Shown here: in pieces, positions 1 through 7,989 of the stretch
Numbering within the stretch: position 1 is the first letter of the stretch
Layout of the letters: every line of letters starts with the position of its first letter
Translations under genes and position numbers: made by a program
Notes under the pieces: model-generated
Told to the model about the DNA's origin: nothing
Seen by the model: the letters and a program-made list of their open reading frames with translations, nothing else
Databases searched by the model: none
IMG/VR virus record: IMGVR_UViG_3300046500_000156
Source: an uncultured virus (IMG/VR IMGVR_UViG_3300046500_000156)
Taxonomy: Duplodnaviria; Heunggongvirae; Uroviricota; Caudoviricetes; Schitoviridae
Length of the DNA: 64,000 nt
Strand: one strand, 5' to 3'

Positions 1-427
1 GAATGCGTCCCACAAGGGAGAACGTCCCCGCATCATCCCCGATCGGTGCTCCGAGATCATCGAGCCACATGCGCACGCATCCCGCTTCTTCGGCCTCGGC
101 ATAGGCTTTTCTGGGATTGTGATATTCGGCACCGCTGGCAGTTACAGCAACGCCATCCGCCTCTTGCTTGTCGCTCGGAGCGGCGAGAGTGCGACGGTTC
201 CATGTCGAAATAGCCTCGTTTTTCGCACGCTCGACGTATTGATCGGCGTATCGCATTTCTTTGTCGTCCCATCCTGACTGTCTTTCTTCGAGCGTCATCA
301 GGTCGGAAATCTGCACGCACGATTGAGCCATGCCGCAATCACATTCGATCTCGTATTGCGTGCCGGATCCGTGCGGCAGCTTCGGTCGCTCGCCGCAAAA
401 CGGGCACGGCTTCAGTTCATCGGTCAT
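1..427 (-). CDS. Lar-family restriction alleviation-like protein (runs off window edge; not in ORF track)
   Basis: Manual translation MTDELKPCPFCGERP...AISTWNRR matches the Lar pattern (LKPCPFCG...WNRR); ATGA overlap with the upstream HNH stop. Confidence 0.7.
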   Translation of the reverse strand, partial: MTDELKPCPFCGERPKLPHGSGTQYEIECDCGMAQSCVQISDLMTLEERQSGWDDKEMRYADQYVERAKNEAISTWNRRTLAAPSDKQEADGVAVTASGAEYHNPRKAYAEAEEAGCVRMWLDDLGAPIGDDAGTFSLVGRI

Positions 428-777
428 ACCTTCTCCTTGGCTCGGGTGGCTCTTCTTCGTTGGTTCTTCAGGTGGGTGACCAGCTCCAGGTGACCTGGGT
501 TACAGCACAGCCGGTGATTGCACAGATGATCGATCTGCTTCTTGCCGGGGATATAGCCGAAGTAATGGGTATAGACGACCAGATGCACGGCGACCGTCTG
601 TCCCCCGAGGGACATCCTGCCGTAGCCGCCGCCCTTGCCTTCTCCACTGGTTGGTCCCTGCCAGATGTGACAGGGACTTGGCTGTCCCTCGAAGCTGAAG
701 CCCAGATCCTGCACCACCACCCGCTCCATGATCCTGTCGAGGATCGTTGATCTGCGGTCGATGGTGAGGGTTGTCAC
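424..777 (-). CDS. HNH endonuclease
   Basis: CHIWQG...GYGRM...IDHLCNHRLCCNPGHLELVT..N HNH motif. Confidence 0.85.
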   Translation of the reverse strand: MTTLTIDRRSTILDRIMERVVVQDLGFSFEGQPSPCHIWQGPTSGEGKGGGYGRMSLGGQTVAVHLVVYTHYFGYIPGKKQIDHLCNHRLCCNPGHLELVTHLKNQRRRATRAKEKV

Positions 778-956
778 GCTTCCTCCAGAACCCAGTCAGT
801 GGCCTCTTCGGCGCTGTTGAAGAACTTCATGCTCTTGTCCTTGCGACTGAACATCTTCACCTCTTCGCTATCGAGGCTGCGGTAGTGGATGTTGCTTCGC
901 GTCTCTTTCACGATGACGACGACTTCGAGCCAGCCGTTTTTCTTGGCGAGGATCAC
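774..956 (-). CDS. hypothetical protein (60 aa)
   Basis: Overlapping start/stop with both neighbours. Confidence 0.6.
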   Translation of the reverse strand: MILAKKNGWLEVVVIVKETRSNIHYRSLDSEEVKMFSRKDKSMKFFNSAEEATDWVLEEA

Positions 957-1057
957 GACTGTTCTCCCAGATCCTTCACGCCCAGCAGCATCTTGTGCAG
1001 GCAGGTGATGGTGCCTAAGGCAGAGAAGCCGACAATGATGAGTTGCACTGCGTTCAC
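953..1057 (-). CDS. small hydrophobic protein (34 aa)
   Basis: GTGA overlap with upstream stop; VNAVQLIIVGFSALGTITCLHKMLLG. Confidence 0.45.
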   Translation of the reverse strand: MNAVQLIIVGFSALGTITCLHKMLLGVKDLGEQS

Positions 1058-1311
1058 GACTGTTGCTCCGGGATCTTGTAGCTGTTGACCGGATACGGCA
1101 CGGTCTGCAGGTACTTCACGTAGAAGTCGCCCTTTTCCGTGGTGCGCAGGCAATAGGACTTGCCTGCACGCCACTCGCACAGCTCGTGCGTGACGAGCCG
1201 GTGAGCGGCTTCCTGATGCGCTTCGGAGCGCATCACGTCCGGGCCATCGCCCATGTAATAGGCGTGGAGCAGCATCTCCAGCTCGATGATGTTTTGCGGC
1301 GTGGCAATCAC
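1054..1311 (-). CDS. hypothetical protein (85 aa)
   Basis: GTG start after AAGGAG, overlapping the upstream stop. Confidence 0.6.
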   Translation of the reverse strand: MIATPQNIIELEMLLHAYYMGDGPDVMRSEAHQEAAHRLVTHELCEWRAGKSYCLRTTEKGDFYVKYLQTVPYPVNSYKIPEQQS

Positions 1312-1622
1312 GTCCGTTCTCCTTGGTTCCATTGGGATGAGAGTTGATCCAACCAACGAAAGCGATACGACTGCACTCGCTCGTCGGTCATCTCGCCCAA
1401 ACGGATCCCTGCTTCGCAGCACAGCCAGGCGTTGACGGTGGGGTACTCACCGAGCCGGGCGTAGATCATCGCCCGTGCCTGATCAGCCTCCTCCTGCGTC
1501 ACCAATTGACTGTCGGCAGCACGCTGGATGGCGTGACAGCTGTACTTCTCGAACACCTTGTCACCGGTCAGGCCATCCCACAGGAATTGGGTGGCGGCGG
1601 TGAAAGGATTTACAGCGCTCAT
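1308..1622 (-). CDS. hypothetical protein (104 aa)
   Basis: ATG after GGAG; operon continuity. Confidence 0.6.
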   Translation of the reverse strand: MSAVNPFTAATQFLWDGLTGDKVFEKYSCHAIQRAADSQLVTQEEADQARAMIYARLGEYPTVNAWLCCEAGIRLGEMTDERVQSYRFRWLDQLSSQWNQGERT

Positions 1623-1636
1623 GCAGGTCTCCGACC

Positions 1637-1664
1637 AAAGAAAAACGCCCACTTGCTGTGGGCG
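1637..1664 (-). terminator. intrinsic terminator
   Basis: CGCCCAC/GTGGGCG stem followed by TTTTTCTTT on the minus strand. Confidence 0.6.
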
Positions 1665-2117
1665 AGCTGCAAGGTAGTTTTTACCCGGTGCAAACATCGT
1701 ATGGAAAGCATAATAACTAAAGCTGGCCTAAATGTTAACTGGGTGACAGAAACTTTTTCTGAGCGTAAGTTTGGGGAGTTGCAAAACGGGTACAACCGCT
1801 ACATTTTTTGCTTGATTCCTGCACAGCCTTATACAGCAAGGGATTGCGCCGTCTCATCACATTTCGTGACATGACGATTCGTATGAACGTAGAGGTATCT
1901 TGGTGGAACATCCGAGGACTATCAGTGATCCGACAAAGCACGACTGTGCTTTGCAGGAATTACCGATGAATGTAACGAGATAGGGGCAACCCTTGGGAAA
2001 TTACAAACGCTTGCGGTAGACGGAAGCAGGACAGTACGGAGAGATTAGGACGAAACCTGTCCGGTTGCACAGGCCAACGGGCGGTGTTGGCCTGCAGCAA
2101 CATTACGTTTGATTACC

Positions 2118-3311
2118 TCATGAAAGGGCGTACTCCGTGTCGAGGACGTCCTGCCACATGGTGTCGTCGATCTTGTTGACTTCCACCTCCCGACCGAGGA
2201 TCTGGCGCACCAGGAACTGCAGCAGCCGGCTCTTGGCGATCAGTGCCAGTTGCAGGTTGTACTGGACACGCATGTCATTCCCGTAATTGGGCAGGCAGCG
2301 GAAGCAGTCATGCACTGTGAGGAGCTGGAAGGGCTTCTTCGGCAGCGAGTTGAGCAGCTCCCGGATCTCGACTTCGTCGACCAGATCGATGTTGTCGCCG
2401 TACAGGTGATCAAGGATGCGTGCTGACAGGTAGCCCGATTCCTTGAAGCGTGCCCACAGCGTCATCACCATCTCGTCGTCGGCGTCTTCTCCGATGGAGT
2501 CGTCACCTTCGAGCGCCGACCAGACGCGGCTGATGGTCGCAGGGTCGTAGTTGCAGCGGCGGTTCATCTCCCGCACGATCATGCCGTCGATGGAATGAAT
2601 CGTATTTGCGCCGAGGCTTCTGCCCTCCTCCTGCGGGGCGTTGACCTTGCGGAAGGTGTCGATGGGTTCGTTCAGGAAGTGCACACGCTCGACTTCCTCG
2701 CCCATCACCTTCACGTGCACGTGGAAGTTGTCCGGCAGCACCCAGCTGTTGATCAGCGCATTCGGATCCCACATCGAGAGGAACGCTTCGTTGAGCTCCC
2801 AGGCGTAGGGCGCTACCTCCTTCATGGTGTCGTAGAACATGGTGAGCAGACCACCTTCGCCGAAGACTTTCTTCGGGATGGCCTGCGACCCGTACAACGC
2901 GGTCATCACGGCTTCTTTAATGTCGGTGCGCTTGATGCGGCCCTCTTCACCGATCTTGTCCAGCATGGTCTGATAGATACCGGTGTAGGCATCTTCCCGT
3001 GAGCCAGAGGGAAGGACGTTACACAGTAACGCGGCCTTGCGGTCACCAGTCAGTGCGGCGAGGATCTGCAGACCCGATGACGTGGCATCGAGCGAGATGG
3101 GGTAGCCAGTGGCTTCGCCTCGCTGGCTCGCTTCATAGGCCTGCACCCCTGCGAAGTAGAGTGCCGGCGTCTCGGCCTGCGTAAGCAGCTCGTGCAGACG
3201 GTCCTTGTTGTCGTCGAACCAGGAAAGACGCTCATCCCACGTGCTCTTGTCCAGTCCGAAGTTCGAAGCGATGTCGATCTTGAGGTACTGCAGGCCAGTG
3301 AACTTTTGCAT
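2118..3311 (-). CDS. N4-like RNA polymerase II subunit 2 (gp16-like)
   Basis: T7-like motifs LDATSSGLQI, RTDIKEAVMTALYGS, NTIHSIDG, VHDCF; N-terminal FTGLQYLKIDIASNFGLDK. Confidence 0.95.
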   Translation of the reverse strand: MQKFTGLQYLKIDIASNFGLDKSTWDERLSWFDDNKDRLHELLTQAETPALYFAGVQAYEASQRGEATGYPISLDATSSGLQILAALTGDRKAALLCNVLPSGSREDAYTGIYQTMLDKIGEEGRIKRTDIKEAVMTALYGSQAIPKKVFGEGGLLTMFYDTMKEVAPYAWELNEAFLSMWDPNALINSWVLPDNFHVHVKVMGEEVERVHFLNEPIDTFRKVNAPQEEGRSLGANTIHSIDGMIVREMNRRCNYDPATISRVWSALEGDDSIGEDADDEMVMTLWARFKESGYLSARILDHLYGDNIDLVDEVEIRELLNSLPKKPFQLLTVHDCFRCLPNYGNDMRVQYNLQLALIAKSRLLQFLVRQILGREVEVNKIDDTMWQDVLDTEYALS

Positions 3312-3336
3312 GATGTGCTCTCTTTTTGAACGAACC

Positions 3337-3375
3337 AAAAGAAAAAGCCACCGGAGGTGAACTCACGGTGGCTTT
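3337..3375 (-). terminator. intrinsic terminator between the plasmid cassette and RNAP2
   Basis: AAAGCCACCG/CGGTGGCTTT stem with T-tract on the minus strand. Confidence 0.75.
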
Positions 3376-3465
3376 GAATTTGTAGTTGGTGTTGTCTTTT
3401 CTCTGGCTCCTCGAACGGCAGGCAGAGAATAGTCCGACCAGATGAATCTGTTTGTTAACCAGGCC

Positions 3466-3732
3466 TCAGATCTGTTTCATCTGGTCGATCATGTCTTCCA
3501 GCTGTTGGATCTTCTGCTGTATGGCGTCGAACCGTTGATTCACGCTCGCGTCGATCTGCGCACGGTCGCCTGCGTAATGCAGTACGAGTCCCATGCTGCC
3601 TTCGAGCGAGTTGACCTGGTTACCGAGACGCACGAAGTTCTCGCGCATCTCGGACTGCATCTTGTCGAACTTGGCCATGAGCTGATCCAGCCTGACCAGG
3701 ACGATGTTCTTCGGCTCTTCTGGCTCACTCAT
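3466..3732 (-). CDS. coiled-coil hypothetical protein (88 aa)
   Basis: Heptad-rich; ATGA overlap with upstream gene. Confidence 0.65.
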   Translation of the reverse strand: MSEPEEPKNIVLVRLDQLMAKFDKMQSEMRENFVRLGNQVNSLEGSMGLVLHYAGDRAQIDASVNQRFDAIQQKIQQLEDMIDQMKQI

Positions 3733-3962
3733 AGTTGGCCTCGATCTCGTTTGAACTTGTCCAGCAGCGCCTGCAGGCTTTGCCGGTTGAATGCGTCGAT
3801 GTCGCTCACGTCCACAGGCGGCAGCGGCTTGGCTGCATCGATCTTCTGCAGGCGCTTCAGGATCGGTGCGATCCGGCGCTGGTAGTCACGGTGCAGCTCG
3901 TTCAAGATCCAGCGCAGCTCCTGCTCTTCGGTTTCAAATCGTGGGATGTTTTCGATGGCCAT
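3729..3962 (-). CDS. hypothetical protein (77 aa)
   Basis: Coupled to the downstream gene; follows repL-like gene. Confidence 0.6.
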   Translation of the reverse strand: MAIENIPRFETEEQELRWILNELHRDYQRRIAPILKRLQKIDAAKPLPPVDVSDIDAFNRQSLQALLDKFKRDRGQL

Positions 3963-4029
3963 GTTCAGACTCTACTTGAGGTTCACTTCGTAGTCTGAGA
4001 CAGAACCAAGGGGATGTATACGCCGATGA

Positions 4030-4578
4030 TTAGGCGTGAAAGTCTAGCTGCGACTGTTCGGGCGGATCGTCGTTACCGAGCTCGGACCCAGCCACGATGA
4101 CATCTTCCTCCGGATGAATGATCGGCACCTGTTCGAGCTGTGGGCTCGGATCGGCCTGCGTGAACTTGTCCTGCTCGTCGAGATTGACGATGACTTCGGC
4201 CTGGAACGAGGCCCACTTCTCCCCGGCTCGTGTTGTCCAGAAGACAGACGAGTTGACGCGGTAGACGTTGGTCGTGCCAACCTTGAGCACCTCCACCCAC
4301 TTCTTCTCACGCAGCAGTGCGATGGCACGCTGCAAGGTGGGCCGGGTGAGATCGGCCAGCTTCATCAGGCTGTCCTGGCTCATGACCAGTGCATTGTGGC
4401 GGTCCATGGCCTTGACCAGTACCCACAGCAAGTAGTGCGCTTTCGAGGACTCCCGGCTCAGATCATTGAGCTTGTCGATTTGCTTACGATTGACTTGCAC
4501 GAAGTCGCGGTTGATCGCCCCATGCTTCAGGCGAGCCACCTCCCGGCGCAACTTTTCGTTCTCTTCAGCTGGTGTCAT
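4030..4578 (-). CDS. repL: plasmid replication/maintenance protein, RepL-like HTH
   Basis: DFVQV...LLWVLVKAMDRHNALVMSQDSL...TRPTLQRAIALLREKKW..V.KVGTTNVYRVNSSVFW, typical of the RepL family of small-plasmid Rep proteins; start chosen at MTPAEE. Confidence 0.75.
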   Translation of the reverse strand: MTPAEENEKLRREVARLKHGAINRDFVQVNRKQIDKLNDLSRESSKAHYLLWVLVKAMDRHNALVMSQDSLMKLADLTRPTLQRAIALLREKKWVEVLKVGTTNVYRVNSSVFWTTRAGEKWASFQAEVIVNLDEQDKFTQADPSPQLEQVPIIHPEEDVIVAGSELGNDDPPEQSQLDFHA

Positions 4579-4599
4579 GTTGGTTTTTCTCGTGATGTC

Positions 4600-4870
4600 G
4601 CTTGCATCATAGGCGAGAATGTGATGCACGTAAACTCATGGATGAGCCTGCGATACCGTGAAAATGAGGCAGATCCGCCTCATCTAGGATGAGGCATAAG
4701 GAAATCGCTGGGAGGCAATGCCGACAAGGGATTCCGGCGTAAACACAGGGCCTTCCCTTCTATGATCTAGGTTTACACAAGGAATTGAGCATCCCCGTGA
4801 TGGACAACTCACCTGCCCACAGCATGAAGCTGTGGACAGCCGGCAAGCCGGTACGTGAGTTCCCCACACT
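4600..4870. promoter_or_regulatory. putative plasmid replication origin
   Basis: Inverted repeats TGCATCA/TGATGCA (4603-4628), CTCAT/ATGAG (4635-4646), three alternating ATGAGGC copies (4664-4695), branched hairpin with DnaA-box-like sequences (4797-4869); directly upstream of repL. Confidence 0.55.
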
Positions 4871-4934
4871 TGAGCCTGACGCGGCCTGCGGCCTTGCCCA
4901 AATGAGATAGAGAGTCAAATTCAAAACCGGGCGG

Positions 4935-5282
4935 TCAATAGCCCTCCTTCTCGGCCTTTGCAATGATCTTGTCGATCTCCCGCTCGACCACTTCAGCGAC
5001 GAAGGTATAGGCGCTGTTGATGGCGCCCCAATTCTTCATCTCTTTGATCTTGGTTTGCACCCGCAGCGGCATCTCATAGTTCGTCTTTTTCCACTCATCC
5101 TGTCCTGGGCGGGTCCAGGCATACCTCCTTCCTTGCTTGGCTCCTTGGAAGGCGGCTTCCTTGGTTCCTTCCTTGGAGGGAGGCAAGGAGTCTTCCTTTC
5201 CTGGATCCAAGGTGGTGACAGCCGCACCCGCATTGCCTTTGCGGGCAATGACCGTGTTGTCGAGAGACGGGACTTTACTCAT
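4935..5282 (-). CDS. putative centromere-binding protein (type Ib ParA partner, ribbon-helix-helix-like)
   Basis: Overlaps the parA stop; low-complexity N-terminal tail with Arg (ARKGNA); C-terminal strand-helix-helix pattern WKKTNYEMPLRVQTKIKEM...SAYTFVAEVVEREI. Confidence 0.65.
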   Translation of the reverse strand: MSKVPSLDNTVIARKGNAGAAVTTLDPGKEDSLPPSKEGTKEAAFQGAKQGRRYAWTRPGQDEWKKTNYEMPLRVQTKIKEMKNWGAINSAYTFVAEVVEREIDKIIAKAEKEGY

Positions 5283-5913
5283 ACTGCACCCCCTTTCGAG
5301 GTTCGAACTTGGCCACAACGAACTTTGCAAGCTGATCGATCAAGATAGCACCCGTGCCTTTAGTGATTTCATTGATCGTCAGGCCGGCAGACATCGATTG
5401 CCAGTAGCCATTGAGCTTCGGAATAGTCTGCGGAATAACGGGACCGAACTCAGCTAACTTCTTGACGGCAGAGTTGGCGACAGCCAGCCCGTTCGTCTCA
5501 TTGAGCAGGTACATGAACTTCTTGCCTTCCTCTTCGCACAGATCCACCGTGGAGAGGGTGGCCTTGATATCGCCCTTGGAGTGCTTGGTGGGAATGATCA
5601 CCAGATCGGCCAGCTTGATGGCGGCCCGATTGATCGGGGCGGTTTGCGGTGGGGTATCGATCAGGAACCAGGACACCCCTCCTTTCACGAGTTGAGCGTG
5701 GCGCTCTCGAAGCTCGGCGGCATCCTTAATGTTGGTGAAAGCCGGCGTTTCAGCGTTGCGGTCATTCCACCAGTCAGCCAGTGTGCCTTGGGGATCCAGG
5801 TCGGTGATGACGACTGGTCCTTGGCCCATGGCCTCCAATGCCACGGCCAGGTGAGCCGTGTGCATGGTTTTGCCTACTCCGCCCTTGAGACAGGAGAAGA
5901 CGATGGTCTTCAT
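5275..5913 (-). CDS. parA: ParA/ParF-type partition ATPase (type Ib, no N-terminal HTH)
   Basis: Deviant Walker A KGGVGKT, DLDPQG, IDTPP, ADLVIIP; 212 aa; RBS GAGGAG. Confidence 0.93.
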   Translation of the reverse strand: MKTIVFSCLKGGVGKTMHTAHLAVALEAMGQGPVVITDLDPQGTLADWWNDRNAETPAFTNIKDAAELRERHAQLVKGGVSWFLIDTPPQTAPINRAAIKLADLVIIPTKHSKGDIKATLSTVDLCEEEGKKFMYLLNETNGLAVANSAVKKLAEFGPVIPQTIPKLNGYWQSMSAGLTINEITKGTGAILIDQLAKFVVAKFEPRKGVQYE

Positions 5914-5944
5914 GTGAACTCCTCGCAGGTTGGTTCAGTGCGGG

Positions 5945-5972
5945 ACTGTATACCAATCTACGAGGGAAGCAA
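5945..5972 (-). promoter_or_regulatory. sigma70-like promoter for the par-rep cassette
   Basis: TTGCTT-16 nt-TACAGT upstream of the parA RBS, flanked by CCTT/CTTG repeats. Confidence 0.45.
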
Positions 5973-6047
5973 GACTCCTTCAAGGGAAGGAGGAAGGGAA
6001 CCAAGGAGGGAGCTTTCCTTGGTTCCAAGAAATCAAGATTTCTTGAT
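5960..6047. repeat. centromere/operator-like repeat array upstream of parA
   Basis: AAGG/GAGG 4-bp periodic run, then TCCTTGGT-TCCAAGAA-ATCAAGAT-TTCTTGAT in 8-bp register (6016-6047). Confidence 0.65.
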
Positions 6048-6322
6048 TAGTAATGGATGGCTAGACGATCCAGCGCTTCCCGCATGGCGTTGGCAGCCAT
6101 GGCCGCCTGGCCCAGATTGATGGCCAGATCCGTGTTGCGGTTGCGCACCTGCATGGTGCCATCGTCCATCAGCTCCAGTGTCGCACCCTCGAAGAGGGTA
6201 CAGCCGATCTGAGCTTCTGCTTTGTCTTCCTGGCTCATGCGTTGATCGATGCCGGTACGAATCATTTTGCTGGTCTCATTCAGGGCGCTGTAGCGCCAGG
6301 TGGTTTGGGGTTGGTAAGTCAT
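6047..6322 (-). CDS. hypothetical protein (91 aa)
   Basis: ATGA overlap with upstream gene; starts MTYQPQ. Confidence 0.6.
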   Translation of the reverse strand: MTYQPQTTWRYSALNETSKMIRTGIDQRMSQEDKAEAQIGCTLFEGATLELMDDGTMQVRNRNTDLAINLGQAAMAANAMREALDRLAIHY

Positions 6323-6504
6323 TTCTTGATTTCTTGAATTCTTGATTTTTCGATGGCTTCGTCGATCTCTTTTACCAGCTTCTTCAGCGGGATCGTCACA
6401 GCCGGCTCCTCGTGTTGCCAGTAGCGATTGTGCAGGGCAGTGATCTCCCCGAGCAGCTCCTTGCGGATGCGCAGCAGGAGCTCCTTGGATACCAGGACGC
6501 TCAC
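6319..6504 (-). CDS. hypothetical protein (61 aa)
   Basis: GTGA overlap with RNAP1 stop. Confidence 0.6.
   Translation of the reverse strand: MSVLVSKELLLRIRKELLGEITALHNRYWQHEEPAVTIPLKKLVKEIDEAIEKSRIQEIKK
6323..6354. repeat. 8-bp box array
   Basis: TTCTTGAT-TTCTTGAA-TTCTTGAT-TTTTCGAT. Confidence 0.75.
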
Positions 6505-7310
6505 TGCACCACCTCCCCTTCAGCCATCTCCACAACCGCCTTGCACCAGGCCGTGGACTGGTAGTTCACGTGGTAGCCCTGGGCATAGGTTCTACCCCTT
6601 TTGTCATACCTGTGGGTGAGGTGGAACTCGTTGCCTTCCCGAACAAGTAGATCGATGACAGCATGAGAAGTCTTGTCGTACTTTTCGAAAGCACGCTTGC
6701 GGCGTTCGAAGTCGGATCGGGTTTCCCCTTCCTTGGGTTTGTCGAGGTTTCTCCATTCATTGTTGATGAGCTTGGCCGTGTTGAAGTTGATCTTCAGGCG
6801 CATCTTGTTCAGACGGTTGAGGTGGTCCAGTGCCACATCGTCGTCGTGATGATTGTCCCGAAGGATGACGCTGCTGTTGTTCAGCAGATAGCCAGACTGC
6901 TTGTTGTGTCTGATCGGCTTCGGCTCCACCACCATGGGCAGTGGATACTGGAAGCGATCGATCTCCTCCTGCGTCTTGGCATCGATCTCGAAGATCACGA
7001 TGAACTGACGCAGGGGAATGTTGTAGGTGCACAGATCGGCTTCAGCGCAGCGAACCAGCAAGTCTGCTACTTCCTGAGCCGTCTTACAGTGGTGTCTCAG
7101 GCAGCCGACGAGCGTCTGCACGTCGCAACGCTTGTGCAGCGCCATCTGAACCAGGAGATCGATACCGAAGGCTTCGGGGATCTCCTTCTCCTTCAGGTGG
7201 GCGATGATCTCGGGCTCGGCCATGAACTCAGCCCGCATGCGGGGCATGAGCTGGTTCTTCGAAAAGAGGGCTTCGAGCTCTTGCTGGTGGGCGATTCTGG
7301 CTTCAGTCAC
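6501..7310 (-). CDS. N4-like RNA polymerase II subunit 1 (gp15-like)
   Basis: FQYPLPMVVEP, SGYL, YDKRGRTYAQGYHVNYQ motifs; 269 aa. Confidence 0.95.
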   Translation of the reverse strand: MTEARIAHQQELEALFSKNQLMPRMRAEFMAEPEIIAHLKEKEIPEAFGIDLLVQMALHKRCDVQTLVGCLRHHCKTAQEVADLLVRCAEADLCTYNIPLRQFIVIFEIDAKTQEEIDRFQYPLPMVVEPKPIRHNKQSGYLLNNSSVILRDNHHDDDVALDHLNRLNKMRLKINFNTAKLINNEWRNLDKPKEGETRSDFERRKRAFEKYDKTSHAVIDLLVREGNEFHLTHRYDKRGRTYAQGYHVNYQSTAWCKAVVEMAEGEVVQ

Positions 7311-7692
7311 GGTAACGCTCCTCGATGATGCGGATTGCCTGGAAACATTGGGCCGGCGTAAACATGCCGATATGACATTCGTAGACCGGTATGCCCATTT
7401 GCTCGGCCAGCCATTTGTAGGCTTGCCGTCGATTCATCTTTGCCTTCGCCATCCAGAGCGGATCGAAGGCTTCGTGGACTCGCATCTTTAGCTGACGCAA
7501 TGTGGCGTTGGCCAGAATGCCCAGTGGCCTGGTGCCATCGCCATACCCCTTGTTGGGTTCGTGACAGCCGACATAAGCCTCACATGGCAGACAGCGCCAG
7601 AAGTGCTTCTGCCACAGATGCTGCAAGCGAGGATAGATCTCCTTGCCGGTGACCGGCTCAGCAGGTTGGTTGCAGTAGTGGCAGGTGGTCAT
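7303..7692 (-). CDS. DUF3268-like zinc-finger protein
   Basis: CHYC...CLPCEAYVGCH...PLGILAN..LR...HEAFDPLW...AYKWLA...CHIGMF. Confidence 0.85.
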   Translation of the reverse strand: MTTCHYCNQPAEPVTGKEIYPRLQHLWQKHFWRCLPCEAYVGCHEPNKGYGDGTRPLGILANATLRQLKMRVHEAFDPLWMAKAKMNRRQAYKWLAEQMGIPVYECHIGMFTPAQCFQAIRIIEERYRD

Positions 7693-7697
7693 GGTTT

Positions 7698-7737
7698 TCC
7701 TTGGTTCCTTGAATTCTTGAAATCAAGATTTCTTGAT
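7698..7737. repeat. 8-bp box array
   Basis: TCCTTGGT-TCCTTGAA-TTCTTGAA-ATCAAGAT(inverted)-TTCTTGAT in exact register. Confidence 0.8.
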
Positions 7738-7959
7738 TTATGCAGCAATGGCGCCGAGCTCCTCGAACGTGACCGTGCGCTTGACCAGCCGGACAGTGGG
7801 GTGCACACCCGGTCGCTTGTTGCGGGCTTCGAGCCACTTCTCAGCAGCCTGGCGATCCTTGAAGCTGTGGATCATGTGGTTGCCCTGGCTCACGAGGATG
7901 AGCTCTTCCTGGCTCAGCAGCTGGTCTCCGAGGGATTTCTGGATCTTGGTGGACAGCAT
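7738..7959 (-). CDS. hypothetical protein (73 aa)
   Basis: ATG after AAGGA; operon context. Confidence 0.6.
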   Translation of the reverse strand: MLSTKIQKSLGDQLLSQEELILVSQGNHMIHSFKDRQAAEKWLEARNKRPGVHPTVRLVKRTVTFEELGAIAA

Positions 7960-7965
7960 GTTCTT

Positions 7966-7989
7966 TCCTTGAATTCTTGATTTCTTAAT
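7966..7989. repeat. 8-bp box array
   Basis: TCCTTGAA-TTCTTGAT-TTCTTAAT. Confidence 0.7.

Noticed and set aside
1735..1941. 68-aa minus-strand ORF in the gap after RNAP2
   Set aside because: No clear RBS, atypical codon usage, and it overlaps structured non-coding sequence.
2029..2062. GAAAC-containing stem as a hammerhead ribozyme
   Set aside because: The CUGANGA core is absent.
2118..7310. RNA polymerase split into two genes
   Set aside because: A heterodimeric RNAPII is normal for N4-like phages; only the inserted content is unusual.
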